A stretch of 64,000 nt of DNA from Cenarchaeum sp. (GCA_965242695.1 CBDESU010000002.1:1184001-1248000), one strand, 5' to 3'; numbered from the stretch's first letter, positions 19,476 to 29,198 are shown. The notes: generated by a model from the letters alone, not told the origin. Made by a program: numbers and translations.

Positions 19476-22400
19476 ATGTCGGTCGAGACCATAAAGTCGA
19501 TCGACGCGATCCGCTTCTCCGTATGGTCGCCTGCCGAGACGCGCAAGTACTCGGTCGCCGAGATCACCGCCCCCGAGACGTACGACGAGGACGGCCTGCC
19601 CGTCCAGGGCGGCCTGATGGACGGGCGCCTCGGCACGCTCGAGCCCGGCCAAAAGTGCCTCACGTGCGGCAACATGATGGCCCGCTGCCCGGGCCACTTT
19701 GGCCACATAGAGCTGGCCGAGCCGGTCCTGCACATCGCCTTCATCGACAACATACACAAGCTGCTGCTGTGCACGTGCAGCAAGTGCCACCGCCTGCTCG
19801 TCGAGCAGCAGGACCTAGAGGAGCTCTCGCGCGTGCGCAACCGCGAGGCCGCCTACACAATAGTCTCGCAGAAGCGCATCCCCGAGCAGATACTCGAAAA
19901 GGCAAAGAAGGCGCGCGAGTGCCCCCACTGCGGCAAGGAAAAGTACGAGCTCGTCTTCACAAAGCCGACCATATTCATCGAAAAGATACCGCGCGACGAG
20001 TCGCCCGACGCGCCGCCGCCGGCATCCGGGGCCGCGGCCACCGGCGACGACCGCGTAGAGAACCGCCTCCTGCCCATCATCATACGCGAGCGGTTCTCGC
20101 ACATGCGCGACGAGGACCTAGAGCTCCTCGGCTACGACCCCGCGACGGCCCGCCCCGAGTGGTTCGTCCTGCAGGCCCTTCCCGTCCCGCCCGTGGCAGT
20201 GCGCCCGTCCATCATACTCGACACCGGCATACGGTCCGAGGACGACCTCACGCACAAGATGGTCGACATCATACGCGTCAACCAGCGCCTCAAGGAGAGC
20301 AAGGAGGCCGGCACGCCGCCGCTCATCGTCCAGGACCTTGTCGACCTGCTCCAGTACCACACGACGACCTACTTTGACAACGAGGTGTCTGGCATACCGC
20401 AGGCGCACCACCGCTCGGGCAGGGCCCTCAAGACCATTACGCAGAGGCTAAAGGGCAAGGAGGGCCGCTTCCGCGGGTCCCTGTCCGGCAAGAGGGTCGA
20501 CTTTTCAAGCCGCACCGTCATCTCTCCCGACCCCGACCTCGACCTCTCCGAGGTCGGCGTCCCCGAGTCGGTCGCCATGAAGCTGACCATACCCGAGATC
20601 GTCACCGAGTGGAACGTCGAGCGCCTCAAGAGGCTCGTCGTCAACGGCCCCGACGTGTACCCCGGCGTAAACTACATCGTGCGCCCCGACGGCGTAAAGA
20701 TCCGCCTAGACTACGTCGAGAACCGCCAGACGATAGCGGACACGCTCGAGATGGGGTACCTCATCGAGCGGCACCTCCTCGACGGCGACATCGTAATGTT
20801 CAACCGCCAGCCGTCGCTCCACCAGATGTCCATAATGGCGCACCACGTGCACGTGCTGCCCGGCAAGACGTTCCGCCTCCACCCGTCCGTGTGCCCCCCG
20901 TACAACGCCGACTTTGACGGCGACGAGATGAACCTGCACGTGCCCCAGAGCGAAGAGGCGCGGGCCGAGGCCATCCTGCTCATGCGCGTGCAGGACCAGC
21001 TCATATCGCCGCGGTACGGCGGCCCCATCATCGGCGGGCTGCGCGACTTCATCACTGGGTCGTACCTGCTCACGAGGGACGAGACGCTGCTGCCGCGCGA
21101 GGACTTTGCAAACCTGGCGATGCTCGGCGGGTATGCCGGCCAGCTGCCCGACCCCGCGGGGCCGGCCGCGCCGCCCGGCGGCGGAGGCGGTGGCCGGCCG
21201 CGCCGCATGTACACCGGCAAGCAGCTGTTCTCGCTGTTCCTCCCCGACGACTTCAACTACGTCATTACGTCAAAGTGGTCAAAGGGGACGCGCGGCAGCG
21301 AAAAGGACGTCGTCATCAAGAACGGCCAGCTCGTCAGCGGCGTCATAGACAAGTCGTCGATAGGCGCCGAGGAGCCCGAGAGCGTCCTGCACCGCATCGC
21401 AAAGGACTACGGCAACGCGCCGGCCAAGAGGTTCCTCAACTCTGTCCTGATCATCGCAAAGCAGTTCATCACGCACTATGGGTTCAGCTACGGGTACGCC
21501 GACCTAGAGCTGCCCGACACGGCGCGCCGCGAGATCGACGAGGGCATACAGAGCAGCTACGCAAACGTCTCGGACTTCATATCCGACTTCAAGAAGGGAA
21601 CGCTAAAGCTCACGCGCGGCCTGTCGCCCGAGGAGGCGCTAGAGGCGTACATCGTCAACGAGCTGTCCAACGCCAGGGACAAGGCAGGCGGCATAGCCGA
21701 CGGGTCGTTCGACCACACGAACGCCGGCAAGATCATGGCGTCTACGGGCGCGCGCGGGTCCGCCCTGAACATCGGCCAGATGGCAGGCTCGCTCGGCCAG
21801 CAGTCGCGGCGCGGCAAGCGCCTGCTCAAGGGGTACAGCAACAGGGCGCTCCCGCACTACCGCGAGGACGACGAGAGCCCCGACGCGCACGGGTTCGTAA
21901 AGTCCAACTACCGCGACGGCCTGTCCGTGCTCGAGTTCTTCTTCCACGCGATGGCAGGCCGCGAGGGCCTCGTCGACACTGCGGTGCGCACGCAGCAGAG
22001 CGGCTACATGCAGCGCCGCCTGATCAACGCGCTCGAGCACATACGGCTAGAGCACGACAACACCGTCCGCGACCCGCACGGGCACATCATACAGTTCCTG
22101 TACGGCGAGGACGGCATCGACGTGGCCAAGAGCGACCACGGCGAGGCGTTCAACGTCCACCGCCTGATCGAGTCGCAGCGCATAGTCGACTCTGGGCGGC
22201 GCGCGTCCGCTCACGACGTGGCCGAGATCGCCGCCCGCTACACGGCCACGTTCAACCCACGCCTGCGCGACACCGTAACAGACGCCCTCAAGGAGTGCGG
22301 CCTGAGCAGGGACGGAGTCGAAAAGGTCGGCCGCAAGGGCCTCGACCTGTACAACAAGGCGAGGGTCGAGCCGGGCCAGGCAGTCGGCATACTGACGGCG

Positions 22401-23429
22401 CAGTCGATTGGCGAGCCCGGCACGCAGATGACGCTCCGCACGTTCCACTTTGCCGGGATCAGGGAGCGCAACGTCACGCTCGGCCTGCCGCGCCTGATCG
22501 AGCTAGTCGACGCGCGCAAGAACGCAAAGACGCCGACCATGGACATCCACCTAGAGGACGACATCTGCGAGTCGCGCGAAAAGGCCATCGGGGTGGCGCG
22601 CCGCATCCTCCAGACAAAGGTCGGCTCGCTCGTGGCCGACACCGAGACAGACTACGCGACCCGCATAGTGCTGATGCTAGACGACAAGCAGCTAGACGAC
22701 AGGGGCTGCACCGTCGACGAGGTCGTCGATGCGCTCTCGTCGAACAAGAAGGTAAAGGTGGAGATCGACGGCAGCGACCTCGTGCTCGCACTCGTCAAGA
22801 AGCCGGCAAAGTCTGGGGATCCGCCGGCCCCGTACGAGATGTCCGAGGTCATTGCGCTGCGCAACAAGATACTCAACACGACGGTCAAGGGCGTGCCCGA
22901 CATTGCCCGCGTCACGCTAGTCCAGGAGGGCGGCAAGTGGGTCGTGCAGACGACCGGCTCTAACCTTGCAAAGGTGCTCGCCGTCGAGGGGATCGCCAAG
23001 AAGAGCGTGACTACAAACAACGTCTACGAGATCGCCGAGACGCTCGGCATCGAGGCGGCGCGCAACGCGCTCATCGACGAGGTGCACTCGACGCTTGCCG
23101 ACCAGGGCCTAGAGGTCGACATGAGGTACATTATGCTCGTCGCCGACCTCATGTGCTCGCGCGGACACATGCAGCAGATCGGCAGGCACGGCGTGGCCGG
23201 CACAAAGGACAGCGTGCTCGCGCGCGCCGCATTCGAGATTACCGTCCCGACGATTGCCCGCGCGGCCCTCGGGGGCGAGGTCGAGCGGCTCAAGGGCATT
23301 ACGGAGAATGTCATCGTCGGCAGCAACATCCCGATCGGCAGCGGCATCGTCGACCTGTACATGCATGCGGCCAACAAGAGGCCGGCCGTGGCCGCGGCGG
23401 CGGCCGCAAAGGCCGCCGGGGCCGCCTAG
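19476..23429 (+). CDS. rpo1: RNA polymerase subunit Rpo1 (A' and A'' fused)
   Basis: YNADFDGDEMN catalytic motif; AQSIGEPGTQMTLRTFH in the same ORF. Confidence 0.99.
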   Translation: MSVETIKSIDAIRFSVWSPAETRKYSVAEITAPETYDEDGLPVQGGLMDGRLGTLEPGQKCLTCGNMMARCPGHFGHIELAEPVLHIAFIDNIHKLLLCTCSKCHRLLVEQQDLEELSRVRNREAAYTIVSQKRIPEQILEKAKKARECPHCGKEKYELVFTKPTIFIEKIPRDESPDAPPPASGAAATGDDRVENRLLPIIIRERFSHMRDEDLELLGYDPATARPEWFVLQALPVPPVAVRPSIILDTGIRSEDDLTHKMVDIIRVNQRLKESKEAGTPPLIVQDLVDLLQYHTTTYFDNEVSGIPQAHHRSGRALKTITQRLKGKEGRFRGSLSGKRVDFSSRTVISPDPDLDLSEVGVPESVAMKLTIPEIVTEWNVERLKRLVVNGPDVYPGVNYIVRPDGVKIRLDYVENRQTIADTLEMGYLIERHLLDGDIVMFNRQPSLHQMSIMAHHVHVLPGKTFRLHPSVCPPYNADFDGDEMNLHVPQSEEARAEAILLMRVQDQLISPRYGGPIIGGLRDFITGSYLLTRDETLLPREDFANLAMLGGYAGQLPDPAGPAAPPGGGGGGRPRRMYTGKQLFSLFLPDDFNYVITSKWSKGTRGSEKDVVIKNGQLVSGVIDKSSIGAEEPESVLHRIAKDYGNAPAKRFLNSVLIIAKQFITHYGFSYGYADLELPDTARREIDEGIQSSYANVSDFISDFKKGTLKLTRGLSPEEALEAYIVNELSNARDKAGGIADGSFDHTNAGKIMASTGARGSALNIGQMAGSLGQQSRRGKRLLKGYSNRALPHYREDDESPDAHGFVKSNYRDGLSVLEFFFHAMAGREGLVDTAVRTQQSGYMQRRLINALEHIRLEHDNTVRDPHGHIIQFLYGEDGIDVAKSDHGEAFNVHRLIESQRIVDSGRRASAHDVAEIAARYTATFNPRLRDTVTDALKECGLSRDGVEKVGRKGLDLYNKARVEPGQAVGILTAQSIGEPGTQMTLRTFHFAGIRERNVTLGLPRLIELVDARKNAKTPTMDIHLEDDICESREKAIGVARRILQTKVGSLVADTETDYATRIVLMLDDKQLDDRGCTVDEVVDALSSNKKVKVEIDGSDLVLALVKKPAKSGDPPAPYEMSEVIALRNKILNTTVKGVPDIARVTLVQEGGKWVVQTTGSNLAKVLAVEGIAKKSVTTNNVYEIAETLGIEAARNALIDEVHSTLADQGLEVDMRYIMLVADLMCSRGHMQQIGRHGVAGTKDSVLARAAFEITVPTIARAALGGEVERLKGITENVIVGSNIPIGSGIVDLYMHAANKRPAVAAAAAAKAAGAA

Positions 23430-23518
23430 CCGCCCCCCCCCCGGCGGCGCGACCGGGGACGCCTAAGCGCGGAAGGGGCCGCATGCTTTTAATATGCCCC
23501 TAGTGCGGCTCCTGTGTA

Positions 23519-23740
23519 ATGAAGACTGTGCCGATCACCTACACGCTGACCGAGCTCACCGAGGGGTACATTGCGCGTTGCGTCACTAACAGCTTTGCGG
23601 CGGCATATGGCAAGACGAAGGACGAGGCGGGCGAGAACCTTGTGGATGCAATACGGACGTACATACGCCTATACCCCGACCAGGCCGACTACATGCTCCA
23701 ATCCCTGCCCACAAAAGAGCTGGTGCTCGATGATCCATGA
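23519..23740 (+). CDS. HicB-like antitoxin (short, no DNA-binding domain)
   Basis: EGYIARC...AYGKTKDEAGENLVDAI matches the HicB partial RNase H fold pattern; TTTTAATAT about 25 nt upstream; lower GC. Confidence 0.7.
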   Translation: MKTVPITYTLTELTEGYIARCVTNSFAAAYGKTKDEAGENLVDAIRTYIRLYPDQADYMLQSLPTKELVLDDP

Positions 23741-23950
23741 TGTGATGCCCGACCGTTACAATGCCAAAGATGTGGGCAGGACGCCGAGGATACTGGGGTT
23801 CAACGTGCGCAGTCCCGAGGGCTCGAGGGCAATGCAATGTATCCATGGCCGAACCCAGGCCCAGATATGGACACCAAGGGTTGACGGCGGGGTGCGGGAA
23901 GTTGCCCTAAAAATCTAGGGTCACTCGGCCTCTCGATTGAGTTTTTCCGG
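23730..23950 (+). pseudogene. Degenerate HicA-like toxin
   Basis: YNAKDVGRTPRILGFNVRSPEGSRAM (GSH motif reads GSR); stop at 23916-18; adding one base restores a HicA-like end LKILGSLGLSIEFF. Confidence 0.5.
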
Positions 23951-24240
23951 CCCGTCAAGCCTGGGCGACGACAACCTGCACCCCTCGGACCAGTACTGAG
24001 GCGGGGGCGGGATCTCGGCGGCCGCCGCGGCCGGCAAGCCTCCGGCCGAGGCAGGCCCCTCGCTCGCCCCTGATGTGGCCGCCCCGCGCCCGCGCCGCGC
24101 GCCGATGCGGCGTAGCATCACTGCACATGCACTCCGCCGCGATCGAGCTCTTCGAGCGCGGCGCCGGGCCCTTGTCCATGTGCACCAGGGCGTTGGACAT
24201 CCGGTCAAATGCTTATAACAAGCGCGCCAGCCTTCCAGCC

Positions 24241-25356
24241 ATGGCGATCGGGACCGCGGTGACAGGCGCACTGGCAGCGCTGGCAGTGGTTGCGCTGGCA
24301 GCGACCGCAGCCGCCGCGGCCGGAACCGCGCATGCCCAGTCCTATCCCGTCGTCTGCGGCGACCGCCTGTGCAGCGAGGTGCCGGGCGGATACCACGCAT
24401 GGATGCGCGAGTGGTCGCAGGCCGCGGCATCGGCGCCACCGGCGACCCCTGATGTTGTTGCCAGCGATGCCGCCGATGCCGCCGATGCCGCCGATGCCGC
24501 CGATGCCGCCGATGCCGCCGATGACAGCTACGCAGCGGCGCTCGGCATGCCGGAGCCGTCCACGCGGCAGCTGGCCGACGGCGTGCACATGATCGACTAT
24601 CTGGGTTACGTCACGCTCGTCGTTGCATCGGGCGAGGATGTCCTGATCACCGACCCCGCCAACGACATGCGCGCCGCCGCCGTCCGGGACGAGGTCGCAA
24701 AGATCACCGGCAGCCCGGTCACCATGATCGTCCTGACGCACGAGCACTACGACCACGCGGGGGGCACGTCCCTCTTTGCCGATGCCGACGTCGTCTGCCA
24801 GGCCAACTGCGCCGCAACCTTTGCCCTCGACCCGTTCGACAGGGTCCCCGACGAGGTCGACGTCACGTTCGACGAGTTCCTGGGCCTGGAGGTGGGCGGC
24901 AAGATGGTCGAGCTGCACAGCTTTGGGCCGGCCGACGGCGAGGCTACGACGGTCGTCTACCTCCCCGACGACCTGATACTCTACACGGCTGACCTGTACG
25001 AGCCGCGCGGCTTCACCGACGGCAGGTGGCTGGGCGACGTAAGCTACCCAGGCAAGCGCATAGTCCTTGACACGATAGCGGAGTGGCCGATGGTGCACGC
25101 CGTCAACTCGCACTCGGCCGAGACCGATCCCGAGTATCTGCGCGAGTCCGCCGCCATGGTCAGCGCCCTGTATGATGCCGTGCGCGCCGAGCTGTCCGGG
25201 CCGGTCGCGGACGGCGACTTTTTTGCGATCGTGGGCCTGATGGACACCCTGCCCCACACGCTGGACCTCGTAGAGTACGCCGAGTGGCGCGGGTACGACG
25301 AGCACTTTCCAGCCCACGTCAGCCGGATGATGATGGGCATGTTCCATGGCGACTAG
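24241..25356 (+). CDS. Secreted metallo-beta-lactamase-fold hydrolase
   Basis: Signal peptide; LTHEHYDHAGG motif, ILYTADL, NSHS; TTATAA about 23 nt upstream of ATG 24241. Confidence 0.85.
   Translation: MAIGTAVTGALAALAVVALAATAAAAAGTAHAQSYPVVCGDRLCSEVPGGYHAWMREWSQAAASAPPATPDVVASDAADAADAADAADAADAADDSYAAALGMPEPSTRQLADGVHMIDYLGYVTLVVASGEDVLITDPANDMRAAAVRDEVAKITGSPVTMIVLTHEHYDHAGGTSLFADADVVCQANCAATFALDPFDRVPDEVDVTFDEFLGLEVGGKMVELHSFGPADGEATTVVYLPDDLILYTADLYEPRGFTDGRWLGDVSYPGKRIVLDTIAEWPMVHAVNSHSAETDPEYLRESAAMVSALYDAVRAELSGPVADGDFFAIVGLMDTLPHTLDLVEYAEWRGYDEHFPAHVSRMMMGMFHGD
24466..24519 (+). repeat. In-frame 9-bp microsatellite (GATGCCGCC)x6 encoding (DAA)6
   Basis: Read directly from the sequence. 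Confidence 0.9.
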
Positions 25357-25832
25357 CATTTCGAGCCAGCCCGCAGCCCGCAGCCCGCCGGATGCGCGGC
25401 GCCGCCGCCCGTGGCTGCCGCCTGCCGACAACTGAGTGCTAGGGCATGTCTGCCCTTTCGTGCCTAGAAAGTCTGACGATGCGGCGCACTTCGATCCGCC
25501 GTCATATGGGATCTCAAACGCCGCCCCTCCGTTCGGCCTCTTGCGCCCTGTGGCCATGTGCCAACGGAGGGCGCGCACGCATCGCGCACGGTTCGATTCG
25601 CCGGCCGAGGCTGGGATCGCCGCAGCCTGGCGGCGGGGCCGGGGGGGGGGGGGGCGATGCAGAGGCGCCGGCCGCATGCCTGACCGCCCATGATCGCTCT
25701 GGCCATGCCGTGCCGTGCACGGGGCTAGCGCCGCAGCAACGGGGCGTGCGGGCCGCCGATGCCGGCATCCGGACGCGTCTTCGCCTGGCGCCTGCCTTGC
25801 GTCCGTACGACGCCGGCCTGTCGCATGCCGCA

Positions 25833-26528
25833 CTAGGACATCTTGGACAAGATCTCGTTCTGCTTCTCTAGGAGGTCGTTCTGCCTCTCTTGTATGCCGT
25901 TCTGCGTTTCGAGCATCATCCTGAAAAATTCCTTGTTGTCCTTGGCCATGGCCCCCATGCTGGCGCCGACCTCCTTGACAGCTTCCGTCACCTCGCGCAG
26001 GCCCTCGCGCGTCAGCTCGCCGTCCTCGTGGACCGCCTTCGTCACCTCGCGCAGGCCCTCGCGCGTCAGCTCGCCGTCCTCGTGGACCGCCTTCGTCACC
26101 TCGCGCAGGCCCTCGCGCGTCAGCTCGCCGTCCTCGTGGACCGCCTTCGTCACCTCGCGCAGGCCCTCGCGCGTCAGCTCGCCGTCCTCGTGGACCGCCT
26201 TCGTCACCTCGCGCAGGCCCTCGCGCGTCAGCTCGCCGTCCTCGTGGACGGCTTCCTTTATGCTCTGGCCTATGTCCTGCGTTGTCCACGACATGATCAG
26301 GCCCACGGCGCCTATCGCTATAAAGGCTACTCCCTCGGTCACAAGCGGTAGGTCCCTCAGGCCGCTCAGGTGGATCAGGACGGATCCCAACCCCAGCAGG
26401 AAAGTGTACAGCACTGACTGGCGCCGGATTGCCAAGCCGCGCGCACGGGTGTGGGGACGGTGCCCCTGCCCAGCTCCCTGCCCCCCAGGGGCATCGCCGA
26501 CCGGCCCCTCGTTCCCGCCATCCACCAT
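25833..26528 (-). CDS. Two-TM membrane protein with an 18-aa repeat coiled-coil tail
   Basis: SVLYTFLLGLGSVLIHL / GVAFIAIGAVGLIMSW then (AVHEDGELTREGLREVTK)x5; TATA-like TTTAT about 23 nt upstream of 26528. Confidence 0.65.
   Translation of the reverse strand: MVDGGNEGPVGDAPGGQGAGQGHRPHTRARGLAIRRQSVLYTFLLGLGSVLIHLSGLRDLPLVTEGVAFIAIGAVGLIMSWTTQDIGQSIKEAVHEDGELTREGLREVTKAVHEDGELTREGLREVTKAVHEDGELTREGLREVTKAVHEDGELTREGLREVTKAVHEDGELTREGLREVTEAVKEVGASMGAMAKDNKEFFRMMLETQNGIQERQNDLLEKQNEILSKMS
25986..26255. repeat. 54-bp near-perfect tandem repeat x5 within the CDS
   Basis: cgtcacctcgcgcaggccctcgcgcgtcagctcgccgtcctcgtggaccgcctt repeated five times. Confidence 0.95.
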
Positions 26529-26674
26529 GCTTGGCGCCGCCGACCGCAGAATAAATACACTTGCTTCCGAGCAGGACATTGCCTGCCTACTTGGCTCACC
26601 GGGGGGCACACGCCCAAAAATGGCAGGGCCTCGCCGCAGCGGACTTTGACGGCTGGGTCTCGATCGGCGGCCCT

Positions 26675-26924
26675 GCTGCAACTGGCAACCGCGCTGTGCC
26701 CTCCGCCCGCCGCGCCCCTGCTGCCCGTCAGCAGCCGCCGTCCTTGGCTGCAACTGGCAACCGCGCTGTGCCCTCCGCCCGCCGCGCCCCTGCTGCCCGT
26801 CAGCAGCCGCCGTCCTTGGCTGCAACTGGCAACCACGCTGTGCCCTCCGCCCGCTGACGCGCGCTGGCCGGCTGCTTGGTCGGCTGGCGCCGCAACTGGC
26901 AACCGCGCTGTGCTCTCCACCCGC
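26675..26924. repeat. Mini-array: about 36-bp repeat x4 with about 35-bp intervening segments
   Basis: gctgcaactggcaaccgcgctgtgccctccgcccgc at 26675, 26747, 26819 and 26889 (period 72/72/70); intervening segments 1 and 2 identical, 3 different. Confidence 0.85.
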
Positions 26925-27256
26925 GGCGGGCCCCTTCACCTGCCGCGCATACGGGGTCGCGTGGGGAGATCGTCGGCGAACCAGCTGCGGCGCGCAGGGT
27001 CCGCCTCGCGTCATATTTGATCGCCGGTTGCTGGGGCGCACCGATCCGGCGCCCCTGCCGCGCCCCTGCCAAGCGGCGGCGGGCGCCGAAGTGCGGCCCG
27101 CCGCCTCCAGACTGCGCCCTCTGCTGTGCCCTCCCACCGGGCCCGCCATGTGGTCAGAATGCTAGGCGGCCGCATCCCGCCTAGTGGATCTCAAGCGCAC
27201 CCTGCGCCCCTCCCGCGCGCACCTCTTTTAACCGGCCTCCTCCCCGCCACAACGCA

Positions 27257-28615
27257 ATGTCCGCAAGGGTCGTCCCCGCCGCCTCGCTGGCGCTGGCGCT
27301 GGCGCTGGCGCTGGCGATCGCTGCCGGCGGCGCGGCGGCCCCTGCCCAGGCCGCCTTCGCCGACGAGCCGCGCCCCGACCCCGACAGCCCGTACGCGCCG
27401 ATATACTTCGACAAGCCGTCGTACACGTGGACCGACAAGGTGCGCATTACGATAGTGGCGCCAAGCTGGAACGCAAACGCGGACGGAATCGACACGATAG
27501 GCGGGATCGACACGCACGCAGTAACCGTGAGGACGCGCGGCCACGAGCTGTCCCCGTACCGCCTTGTCGAGACGGATCCGGGCAGCGGCGTGTTCGCCGG
27601 CGAGGTGATCCTGACGGGATTCGAGCACGACGCCGACGGCGACGGCTCGCCGGACACTGTTCCCCGCACCCTGGGCTCGGGGCCGACCGGCGGGCACCTG
27701 CAGGCAGGCCGCGACGACGCCGTCACGGTGTCGTTCGAGTTCCGCAGAAACCTGGTCCTCGTAGAGTCGGCGCCCGTCGGGTGGACGAGGGCCGCCGTGT
27801 GGTTCGATGCGGCGGCGTATCCGGCCGGCGGGGACGGGCCGGCCACGGTCGTGGCAGTCGAGCCCGACATGGACATCAACCCAGAGGCGGTCGACCGCCT
27901 GCAGGTCCGCGTCGCCTCGGACTCTGATGCGGCCGGCACCGTCCTCGACCTGATCGAGACGGGCGAGGACACGGGCATGTTCGAGGGCTCGCTGTTCGTC
28001 TCGTCCGGGGCCGCGTCCGGGGGAGCCGGCCTGCTGCGCGCCGCGCCCGGCGACGTGCTGACTGCGACCTATACGGACAGGACGCTGCCGCCGCCGGCAT
28101 CGGCCTCGGACGGCGAGGATATAGTGGCGGTCGCCGGCGTGGTGCCGGGCGAGCCGGCCATGCTCCGGGCGGAGCTGTCGGGCCTGTCCGTGTCCGGCGA
28201 GGGCATCTCGACGGCGCCCGCCGATGCCGATGCCGCCGATGCCGATGCCGCCGGCTCCCCCGCCCCAGCCCCGGCCGCGGCCGGCACGGGGGCGGCGATC
28301 ACGGCGCGCATCGCCAGCCTGGCGCAGCATACCCAGGACTTTGTCGTCGTGTTCCAGGTCGAGGAGCTTGGAAGGGGCGGCCATGTCGGCGGCGGCCCAG
28401 TCGTGGCCCTCTCGTGGGTGAGGGGGAGCCTTGCGCCGATGCAGGCCGTCGACGTCTCGCAGTCGTGGGACCATCCGGCGCCGGGCGGGGGCGCCGGGCC
28501 GGACGCCGCCGGGGCGGGCGGACGGTACGCGGTGCAGGCGCTTGCATGGAGCTCGTTGTCCTCGCCCGTCCCGCTAGCCGCCCCCGCGCGCGCCGAGTTC
28601 GTCGTCGCCCCGTGA
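27257..28615 (+). CDS. Conserved thaumarchaeal exported protein (S-layer-like ETDPGSGVFAG/ETGEDTGMFEG motifs)
   Basis: Signal peptide; FDKPSYTWTDKVRITIVAPSWN; TTTTAA about 25 nt upstream. Confidence 0.75.
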   Translation: MSARVVPAASLALALALALAIAAGGAAAPAQAAFADEPRPDPDSPYAPIYFDKPSYTWTDKVRITIVAPSWNANADGIDTIGGIDTHAVTVRTRGHELSPYRLVETDPGSGVFAGEVILTGFEHDADGDGSPDTVPRTLGSGPTGGHLQAGRDDAVTVSFEFRRNLVLVESAPVGWTRAAVWFDAAAYPAGGDGPATVVAVEPDMDINPEAVDRLQVRVASDSDAAGTVLDLIETGEDTGMFEGSLFVSSGAASGGAGLLRAAPGDVLTATYTDRTLPPPASASDGEDIVAVAGVVPGEPAMLRAELSGLSVSGEGISTAPADADAADADAAGSPAPAPAAAGTGAAITARIASLAQHTQDFVVVFQVEELGRGGHVGGGPVVALSWVRGSLAPMQAVDVSQSWDHPAPGGGAGPDAAGAGGRYAVQALAWSSLSSPVPLAAPARAEFVVAP

Positions 28616-28712
28616 CGGGCGCCCGTCTCCAGCCCCCTCCGGCGCGCTCTCCCCCTCGTCGCCGGTGCCGTCCGGTGGTCGGCATGACGGGCGCCCGTCT
28701 CCAGCCCCCTCC
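28613..28712. repeat. 28-bp direct repeat pair (72-bp spacing) containing the 14-bp palindrome GACGGGCGCCCGTC
   Basis: tgacgggcgcccgtctccagccccctcc at 28613 and 28685; the first copy overlaps the upstream stop codon. Confidence 0.85.
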
Positions 28713-28795
28713 AGCCGCGCCCACGCCTGCGCGCGGGCGCGCTACACGATAAGGCTATAAAGCCCCGGCATGCACGCCGCTCGCAGGTAAGTCCA

Positions 28796-29107
28796 ATGGG
28801 CAAGTTACTCGAAAAGGCTCTCAAAGACGCCGTAAAGGCCGGCCAGTGCGCGCTAGGAGCAAGGAGCGTGCAGGGTTCCGTCGCAGGTGCAAAGCTCATA
28901 GTGGTATCCAGGTCGGTGCAGGAGGGCCGCTCGGCGGCCATTGCGGCCGGGGCCGAGGAGGCCGGCGTCCCGACGGTGAGGTTTGCAGGCTCGTCGGTCG
29001 CGCTCGGGAGGCTGTGCGGGGTGCAGTTTCGCGTCTCGGCGGCGGCCCTGACGTCGGCGGCCGATGCGACCGTAAAGTCGATAGTAAGCGAGACTGAAAA
29101 CGAATGA
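28796..29107 (+). CDS. rpl30e: 50S ribosomal protein L30e
   Basis: LGARSV, FAGSSVALGRLCGVQF; position before nusA-rps12-rps7. Confidence 0.88.
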   Translation: MGKLLEKALKDAVKAGQCALGARSVQGSVAGAKLIVVSRSVQEGRSAAIAAGAEEAGVPTVRFAGSSVALGRLCGVQFRVSAAALTSAADATVKSIVSETENE

Positions 29108-29198
29108 CCGACAGAGAGGCACCAGGCATATCCCGTTGCGCGCAGGCGCGCGCCGTCACACTAGTTGGGGCACCGCCCCGGGACACGACCGATCCGGC

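Noticed and set aside
16124-23429. Inteins in RNA polymerase subunits
   Set aside because: Lengths are near normal; inserts are short, low-complexity and lack intein splice motifs
25640-25655. Poly-G run as a phase-variation switch (also near 53050-53070)
   Set aside because: Intergenic between convergent genes, not in a CDS or promoter
26675-26924. Bona fide CRISPR array
   Set aside because: Two of three spacers are identical, no cas genes or AT-rich leader, atypical repeat; kept only as an unexplained repeat
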